A DNA stretch of 64,000 bases from Desulfatiglandales bacterium. Its GTDB lineage: Bacteria > Desulfobacterota > DSM-4660 > Desulfatiglandales > HGW-15. This document shows, piece by piece, positions 57,367 through 64,000 of this stretch. A program made the position numbers and the translations under genes. The stretch covers positions 1,696,001 through 1,760,000 of the forward strand of contig CAXXJJ010000004.1 in assembly GCA_963667015.2 (NCBI GenBank), given 5' to 3'. Each line of letters begins with the position of its first letter. Positions within the stretch are counted from its first letter, which is position 1. Below the pieces are notes generated by a model that made no database searches, had not been told where the DNA came from, and was given only the letters and a program-made list of their open reading frames with translations.

Positions 57367-60300
57367 TCACATTGGATAAACATATCCATAAATAAACTCA
57401 ATATCCATATCATCAGTTATATTTATAAAGGTAATATAATCATACTGACCGTCCTCAGAACTGTTATAGTCTATACTATCCCAATCAGGAGAGCCACCAT
57501 TAACAACTATATCTACTAAAAAATAGTAGCTATTAGTGCAATTATACTCCAATTGAATAGTATAATCTTCACCATCATTAACATTTACTACCCCCAAAGG
57601 ATTAACTTCCACGCAATTCTCCCCACCTTGTATAGTTGTCGTAATTATATGAGTATTAGCAGAATCATCATCACAAACATCTCCAACTCCATCTCCATCA
57701 GAATCAAGTTGGTCTGGATTAAAGTCATTCTGGCAATTATCAATTTCATCTGTAATACCATCATCGTCTGTATCAGCCGGAATCTCTGATAGAACAAGCC
57801 TAAATCCAATAAAATCATTCCGATAGTCTGGGCTAAGGCTACTATGAACTGCAGAACGACAAACTCCTGGGGACCCCCCAAAAGCGCCGCCACGCACTAC
57901 ACGCATTGATCCTGAAATTGGGCCAGTCGGATCAGACACTGCTTCAGATGTATAAACATCGTACCAGTCCTGTACCCACTCCCAAACATTTCCATGCATG
58001 TCGTATAAACCCCAAGTATTTGGCTTTTTCTGTGCGACAGGATGAGTTTGTCCATCTGAGTTTAAGGCGTACCATCCTATCGCATCAAGGTTTGGGTCAT
58101 AACCATATGGATCCATAATTTCACCGTTAGCAAAAGCTCTTGTGTTTCCGGCTCTAGCTGCATACTCCCATTCCGCCTCGGTTGGCAAACGGTAAATACC
58201 TTCTTCAAGCTTATTCAATTCCGTGATAAAGTTCTGTATATCATTCCATGTAACCCACTCAATTGGACAATCATCTCCGCAGGATAAAAAATAAGATGGG
58301 TTGTTACCCACAACTGCCCTCCACTGCCCCTGAGTTACTTCAGTTGTCTGAATAAAATAGTTATTTGTCAAAGTCACCTGATGCTGCGTTTCATTATCAT
58401 ATCTTCCTAGTTCGCCTTCAGGACTTCCCATCATGAATGTACCAGCCGGTATTTGGTTGAAAGTCATTCCCAGAGAATTGGTAAAGGTATCTTGTTCAAT
58501 AGAAACATAAACTGATACCTCTTCTGACAATTCGGATTCACTATTATCTGCATCAATAGACGACACCCTGTAATAGTAGGTCCAGCCAGGTATGACACCT
58601 GTATGACTGAATTCAGTATTAGATGTGTTTCCTGCATATTCGCTGTCTTTGGTTACACCTGATTCAGTTCCCCAATATAGGTTGTATGATAGAGCCATAG
58701 ACACTGGATCCCATGTTATCCAGTTCCATTCGTTTGTGTTTTCATATGAAGCAGAAAGATTAATTGGAGATGAGCCAATGCTTGATCTATAAAGTTCCTG
58801 GATTTCAGCTTCAGAAAGAGCACGATTGTAGATACGGATATCGTCGATTTTGCCGCTAAAAGGGTATTCACCTTCACTACTACGATCCGGATTATAGCCT
58901 GCATACAAATTACCGATAGAATTTGCTATGTTACCAACTCTTTCATTACTTGCGTCTTCAATACCATCTATATATATTTTTTGCTCATTACCATCATATA
59001 CCAGAATAATGTGGGTCCATTTATTAAGATCAATCGTACTATTAGAAGGTAGTACAGTGTCGCTGCAACAATGTAAATAGAATCTTAATCTTCTTTCTGA
59101 AAGGTAAAAAATCTGTTTATCTTCCTGGCCATTTACCCATTTATTAAGAATTCTACCCGCTTGCACTTTATCGGGGTTTATCCATAGCGAAAATGTGCAA
59201 CTATCTGTAAAATTAAAATCTGTTGAATTACCAAAATTTATAAAATCTTTTATCCCATCAAAGGCGTATGCACTACTGGAATCACCAAACCTGTCTACAG
59301 TTAAAACTGCTCCACTAACTTCACCATTATTTCCATTCCCACTTTCATCGTTGGCGTTACCATTAAAAGGATAATAGGCAACAAGGCCAGCATCTAAATC
59401 AGAACCACATCCTTCATCTATCTCACCATCGCAATTATTGTCTATACCATCACCACATATTTCAGTTGCAGAAGGATTAATTTCAGCATTGTCATCATCC
59501 AAATCTGGACCACCTACCTGATATCCATCGTAGCCGTCACCATCTACATCAGTAAGATCAATTCCATTGCAATCTTGGTCTATTCCGTCATATGGAATTT
59601 CCACTGCGCCTGGATAGATAGTTGGGTCATTATCATCAAAATCACCTTCTGCGTGAGAATAACCATCAGCATCTATGTCAATTGAAGTCCCCTGAATATA
59701 TAATTCTTGAATTTCATTGTATGAAAGATCTCGGTTATAAATTTTTATTTCATCTAATAACCCTGTAAAGAAATAACCACCGATTAAATTTTCAGCAGAA
59801 TCCATACCAATGAATAGATCACTTGTAGTATCGGGATTTGTTGAAGGGAAATTAGATATCTCTCCTTCTAAAAACCCATCAATATATAAACTTACTGCTT
59901 CATTATATTTATTGTATTTTAATAGAATATGGTGCCATGTATTCAGTGCGATAATCCCATTTGAAGTAATTTCAGGATCATCAGGTCCCACAGATTGATA
60001 ATACGTAAATTTTCCATAGTCATCGTAGGTTTCACCACCAATCATACAAAACCATCCATTTTGAATACCTTTATCTCTTTTTGCCAATAAAGAATCGGCA
60101 TTGGAGGTATTATACTTAGTTTCGTTTACCCACAAACTGATTGTGAAATTAGTATCATTTAGTCTTAATGTTTGTGTGTCTTGAATTACAATATGATCAT
60201 CAACCCCATCAAAACTTGCAGCTTGGTCGTTCACACCATTTACATAACTCACACCACCATATTCGGTCCCATCATTTCCATTACCGCTTTCATCATTGGC

Positions 60301-63300
60301 ATTACCATTGAATGGATAATAGGCTACAAGGCCATCATTCAGATCTATTGGCACATATACTGACACTTCTTCAGAGAGTTCCGATTCATTGCCATCAGCA
60401 TCAACAGATGAAACCCTGTAATAGTATGTCCAGTCTGGCACTACTCCTGTATGACTGAACTCCGTATCAGATGTGTTTCCTGCATATTCGCTGTCTTTAG
60501 TGACTCCGGATTCAGTACCCCAGTAGAGGTTATATGATACTGCTCCGGGAACTTCACGCCAAGTAATCCAGTTCCATTCGTTAGTATTGTCATATGAAGC
60601 AAAAATATTGATTGGTGCTGGCCCCATACTTGAAGTATAGAGTTCTTCAATTTCTTCTTCTGAAAGGGCTCGATTGTAAATACGGGTATCGTCGATAAAT
60701 CCATCAAAATAATAATCGTACATATCTGATGAATCCTTACCAATATACAGATCATTTGCAGTTTGTGGGTTAGGCGAAGGAATATTAGTTGCTATTGAGT
60801 CAAAAACGCCATCAATATAAATTTCAATTGTTTCACTAACATTTTTATAAATAAGCGTAACATGGTGCCAATTATTAAGGCTAATCCCCTGTTGAGAAGT
60901 CGCATAAGGATCTGTCCCACTAGATACTCTATATAGAACACGCCCATCAGGGGCAACCACGTTAATCTCTCCAGTGATAGAGAATATCCACCCGTTTAAA
61001 CTTCCATTTCCTCGTTTATATAAAATAGCATCTGAGTAGGATGGATTACGATTTTTTTCATATACCCAAGTACTAAGTGTGAAATCAGTATTTGACAAAC
61101 GTAACGATGGGGAGTCTAAAACAGTAATAAAATCATCCACTCCATCAAAACTCGCAGCTTGACCACTAACACCACTTATATAACTCATGCCGCCATATTC
61201 TATACCATCATTTCCATTTCCAGTCTCATCGATAGCGTTACCATCAAATGGGTAATAGGCGACAAGACCAGCGTTTAAATCTGGACCACAACCTTCATCA
61301 ATTTCGCCATCACAGTTATTGTCTATACCATCACCGCATAATTCAGGCGCACCTGGATAAGTGTTAATATCATTATCATCTAAATCTCCTGAAATAGATG
61401 ACAATTCATTAGCTAAATAATATCCATCTGGCTGTTCAATTTGGACAATACTCTGACCATCAGAGTAACCATCACCATCGTAATCTTTATACCAAATCTC
61501 GGCACATTCTATTTCAGTACAGAATTCAGACACTTCAATTTTAACAAAACCTTCAAATGGTCCAGGATTAAAAATGTAATAATCAGCAATTTCTTTTAAT
61601 GCATAATATTTATCTGGAAGTGAAATGATTTGTAAGATTGTCCCTAAACCATTTTCCCAGATAACTGATCCACTTTCGCCAAAAGCAGCAATAAATTTTT
61701 GTTCTATTACTTCATGCCCAACTTCATCAGCGACATTTTTTATAAATGTTAAATATCCACTCATAGCACTAATATATTCACGATTAATAAGATAGCCTGT
61801 TGCAGTATCAAGGTCACTTACAAGGTTAGATTCATTAGCAACATCAATAAGTAGACCAATAAATTCTTTAGTTGGTTCAAATGTATATACGTCCTCAAGT
61901 TTCCTGCCAAAAATCCCTCTTAAAATAACATCAACAGCCGTAAGAGACATGGCACCTACATTTGATCTATTTAGATCAAGCTGGTAATGTTGATCTTTCC
62001 CAATCAGGATATTATCATCGATATTTAGAACGCCGAATGGTGGCAAATAATAGACTTCGGCATTGCCTATTGCTCCCAATTCATCAAAGTTTGGAGTTAC
62101 CATATACCAGCATCCAGATGCACTCAGTAATCTTAAATTTAACCTCAAACCATTAGTTTCTGAACTTACAGCCCTTGATGAAAATACAAATTTATTGCTT
62201 GCATCATATGAGATTGTTGTATCAAAGACACAAAAGGTTTCAGGCGAATCACTCCCCGAACAATTTTCATCTATTCCATTTTCACAGATCTCCATTGCTC
62301 CCGGATAAACATCTGGATTAGTGTCATCACAATCCACTGCTTCTGTATGATTATCAAAATCATTGTCCGGACTAATGGTAAACTGCAACCAATCACTCGC
62401 TTGTGTCCAATTATCATCATTGTTTTTTTCTCTAGCCCAAACAGCCCACGAGTATTCCTCGCTAGGAGTGAAATCAGACCAACTCACTATCGTTTCATCA
62501 ATAAAAGAATCTTGATCACACATATTGACGAAAACATTTTCTTCGTTATCCGTAATCACCATACAATATTCAACATCACCTCCGATTGGATCAAGAACCG
62601 GTTTCCACTTAAATAATAAATTATCTTTATCAAATCCTTGGTCACCATTTTGAGGAATAAGAAGCTCTGGCTTCATTTGAGCAAATGAAATTCCATTGGA
62701 ATTAACCTTCACGTTTTCTGGAGTATTAGGCGCTAAATCTTTTACATCTGTAACCCCATCATTATCTTCATCAAGTGCAAAAGATTTCATCAAGCTATAT
62801 ACCGGATGGAACATGTCAGACACTTTAGCAATTCCATTCGGCCAGATCGTATTAGTAAACATGAGATGATGATACCCAGTTATAAGATACTCGTGATAAT
62901 TTCTGAATTCATCAACATTCTGATCCTGTGTTATCTGTGCACTATCTACTTTTACTACACCATCAGTAACTTTAGACCAATTCAACCAAAAGTCAGACAT
63001 GTCTCCTTCTAATGATTCAACTACACCATAAATATTATCGACGACTATTGGATAATTTTTATCTATCTGCCTTGAATTAAGTTCCTGTAAAAACATACTG
63101 GGTGGTAATAGATCGGTTGTGGATCTATAATTTTGTATCGAAGGTAAAAACTCGGCGATTACTGACAGTCCTGATAAGTAAGAACCATGGTTTGGTGTAG
63201 CAACCATCATTAATTTAGCAATATCATGTTCATAAGTAATTAGTGTATCACCCAGCCAATCAGCATCTGCCATGTTTACGAGATATGCCCTAGTTACTAA

Positions 63301-63999
63301 ACCTCCCATAGAATGAGCAATAACATTAACTTTCGCACTACCTGTCTGTGATTTAACTTTGTTGATAGCAAGTTTTAATGAGATAGCACATTCTTGAATT
63401 GGTCTTGATGTATCATACTCAAGGCCATAGACATTTATTCCTTCTGCATAAAGGAAATTTAACGCGCTCATAGTTATATTGTCAGTACCATCGCCAAACG
63501 TAGAATAGATATCTCCATAAGCACTGTCTCCAAAGAGTATAGGCTGGATACCATGAACAAATAAGATTGGAGTATGAGTTGAATCTTCGATAAGCTCCCC
63601 ATGCCTTATCAATCGATCGCCAGCGACTGCGAATATTGTAAGATGAGAGGTTTTTGCAATTATGATGTTATTAACAGTATCAATGCTAACTACCTCAACA
63701 GGTAGCCACTGACCATATTCTTCATCATATGTAGACACCTTAAGTGTTAATTCATCCAAAATATTATTCTCATCTAATTCGCTATCATCATAAGGAAATT
63801 TAATAAGGATTGGTTGCTCAAAAACTGTCCCACTTGGTCCTATATCAATCTGTTTACATAAATCTGATGATCCCCTAGAAAATGGAATGGCGTTTTCAAC
63901 TTCAGTTATTGTAATTACTTTTTCTTCGGTTAATGCTCCATCTGGAATCTCAACAACAAATCCATAAAGAGGACTTTCAGGATCAGTTACTTCAATTAC
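57367..63999 (-). CDS. Giant mosaic extracellular protein: ZU5-like, alpha/beta-hydrolase (lipase), Cys/Asp-rich repeats, LamG x3, FN3 x2, FGE-sulfatase-like, TSP3-like (5' end off the window)
   Basis: Frame stays open from 63759 to the window end (VIEVTDPES...EIPDGAL...GPSGTVF); LFVHG/AHSMGG/TPNHGS lipase motifs; GLVAYYPFxGNA..WxH..IDD.RIYNRALS x3; FMMGS..RLPTEAEWEYAARAG..LYDMHGNVWEW. Confidence 0.9.
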   Translation of the reverse strand, partial: VIEVTDPESPLYGFVVEIPDGALTEEKVITITEVENAIPFSRGSSDLCKQIDIGPSGTVFEQPILIKFPYDDSELDENNILDELTLKVSTYDEEYGQWLPVEVVSIDTVNNIIIAKTSHLTIFAVAGDRLIRHGELIEDSTHTPILFVHGIQPILFGDSAYGDIYSTFGDGTDNITMSALNFLYAEGINVYGLEYDTSRPIQECAISLKLAINKVKSQTGSAKVNVIAHSMGGLVTRAYLVNMADADWLGDTLITYEHDIAKLMMVATPNHGSYLSGLSVIAEFLPSIQNYRSTTDLLPPSMFLQELNSRQIDKNYPIVVDNIYGVVESLEGDMSDFWLNWSKVTDGVVKVDSAQITQDQNVDEFRNYHEYLITGYHHLMFTNTIWPNGIAKVSDMFHPVYSLMKSFALDEDNDGVTDVKDLAPNTPENVKVNSNGISFAQMKPELLIPQNGDQGFDKDNLLFKWKPVLDPIGGDVEYCMVITDNEENVFVNMCDQDSFIDETIVSWSDFTPSEEYSWAVWAREKNNDDNWTQASDWLQFTISPDNDFDNHTEAVDCDDTNPDVYPGAMEICENGIDENCSGSDSPETFCVFDTTISYDASNKFVFSSRAVSSETNGLRLNLRLLSASGCWYMVTPNFDELGAIGNAEVYYLPPFGVLNIDDNILIGKDQHYQLDLNRSNVGAMSLTAVDVILRGIFGRKLEDVYTFEPTKEFIGLLIDVANESNLVSDLDTATGYLINREYISAMSGYLTFIKNVADEVGHEVIEQKFIAAFGESGSVIWENGLGTILQIISLPDKYYALKEIADYYIFNPGPFEGFVKIEVSEFCTEIECAEIWYKDYDGDGYSDGQSIVQIEQPDGYYLANELSSISGDLDDNDINTYPGAPELCGDGIDNNCDGEIDEGCGPDLNAGLVAYYPFDGNAIDETGNGNDGIEYGGMSYISGVSGQAASFDGVDDFITVLDSPSLRLSNTDFTLSTWVYEKNRNPSYSDAILYKRGNGSLNGWIFSITGEINVVAPDGRVLYRVSSGTDPYATSQQGISLNNWHHVTLIYKNVSETIEIYIDGVFDSIATNIPSPNPQTANDLYIGKDSSDMYDYYFDGFIDDTRIYNRALSEEEIEELYTSSMGPAPINIFASYDNTNEWNWITWREVPGAVSYNLYWGTESGVTKDSEYAGNTSDTEFSHTGVVPDWTYYYRVSSVDADGNESELSEEVSVYVPIDLNDGLVAYYPFNGNANDESGNGNDGTEYGGVSYVNGVNDQAASFDGVDDHIVIQDTQTLRLNDTNFTISLWVNETKYNTSNADSLLAKRDKGIQNGWFCMIGGETYDDYGKFTYYQSVGPDDPEITSNGIIALNTWHHILLKYNKYNEAVSLYIDGFLEGEISNFPSTNPDTTSDLFIGMDSAENLIGGYFFTGLLDEIKIYNRDLSYNEIQELYIQGTSIDIDADGYSHAEGDFDDNDPTIYPGAVEIPYDGIDQDCNGIDLTDVDGDGYDGYQVGGPDLDDDNAEINPSATEICGDGIDNNCDGEIDEGCGSDLDAGLVAYYPFNGNANDESGNGNNGEVSGAVLTVDRFGDSSSAYAFDGIKDFINFGNSTDFNFTDSCTFSLWINPDKVQAGRILNKWVNGQEDKQIFYLSERRLRFYLHCCSDTVLPSNSTIDLNKWTHIILVYDGNEQKIYIDGIEDASNERVGNIANSIGNLYAGYNPDRSSEGEYPFSGKIDDIRIYNRALSEAEIQELYRSSIGSSPINLSASYENTNEWNWITWDPVSMALSYNLYWGTESGVTKDSEYAGNTSNTEFSHTGVIPGWTYYYRVSSIDADNSESELSEEVSVYVSIEQDTFTNSLGMTFNQIPAGTFMMGSPEGELGRYDNETQHQVTLTNNYFIQTTEVTQGQWRAVVGNNPSYFLSCGDDCPIEWVTWNDIQNFITELNKLEEGIYRLPTEAEWEYAARAGNTRAFANGEIMDPYGYDPNLDAIGWYALNSDGQTHPVAQKKPNTWGLYDMHGNVWEWVQDWYDVYTSEAVSDPTGPISGSMRVVRGGAFGGSPGVCRSAVHSSLSPDYRNDFIGFRLVLSEIPADTDDDGITDEIDNCQNDFNPDQLDSDGDGVGDVCDDDSANTHIITTTIQGGENCVEVNPLGVVNVNDGEDYTIQLEYNCTNSYYFLVDIVVNGGSPDWDSIDYNSSEDGQYDYITFINITDDMDIEFIYGYVYPM
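58505..61350 (-). repeat. Internal duplications of Cys-repeat/LamG/FN3 modules
   Basis: The FN3 block SYNLYWGTESGVTKDSEYAGNTS.TEFSHTGV occurs twice (about 60360-60620 and 58505-58770) with near-identical DNA; DGIDNNCDGEIDEGCG.DL.AGLVAYYPF also occurs twice. Confidence 0.8.
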
Positions 64000-64000
64000 A

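Noticed and set aside
57790..57905. FGE-like domain end (RGGAFGGSPGVCRSAVHSSLSPDYRNDFIGFRL) as a diversity-generating retroelement variable region
   Set aside because: No template repeat or reverse transcriptase is in the window, the domain is not C-terminal, and several deviations (W to F as TTT, R to H as CAT, GGG GGG codons) do not fit adenine-only mutagenesis. A remote DGR cannot be fully excluded.
1..64000. tRNA, rRNA, known riboswitch (including c-di-GMP), integrase or defence genes
   Set aside because: None recognised by eye; an Infernal/tRNAscan run would be needed to exclude them formally.

Overview
This is a chromosomal segment of an AT-rich bacterium whose gene content resembles Desulfobacterota (deltaproteobacteria). 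From left to right: (1) plsX-rpmF-yceD, then flgM with a DVU0524-like partner under two tandem sigma28 promoters, and a FleQ/FlrA-like sigma54 activator. (2) An accessory block (about 4-25 kb) with two paralogous cytoplasmic histidine kinases built from ~300-aa GAF-PAS repeats (5 and 2 units), a double-receiver regulator, EthD, a HesB-like protein, an SDR, DUF296, DUF3237, maeB, two small basic ORFs, a CDF transporter and a MORN lipoprotein. (3) A ~31-kb flagellar basal-body/export cluster (flgBC-fliEFGHIJ, fliK-flgDE, motA-fliLMNOPQR-flhBAFG-fliA and downstream genes) with sigma54 promoters, IHF sites and FleQ-type boxes; motA has no adjacent motB. (4) A 301-bp MITE-like element and a >2200-aa mosaic surface protein that runs off the window end (ZU5-like, lipase, LamG x3, FN3 x2, FGE-like domains). 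The most notable candidate is a structured non-coding region downstream of flgE with two anti-Shine-Dalgarno motifs complementary to the ribosome-binding regions of flgE and of the first gene of the flgM operon. All calls come from reading the sequence and translations by eye; no searches or folding programs were run.
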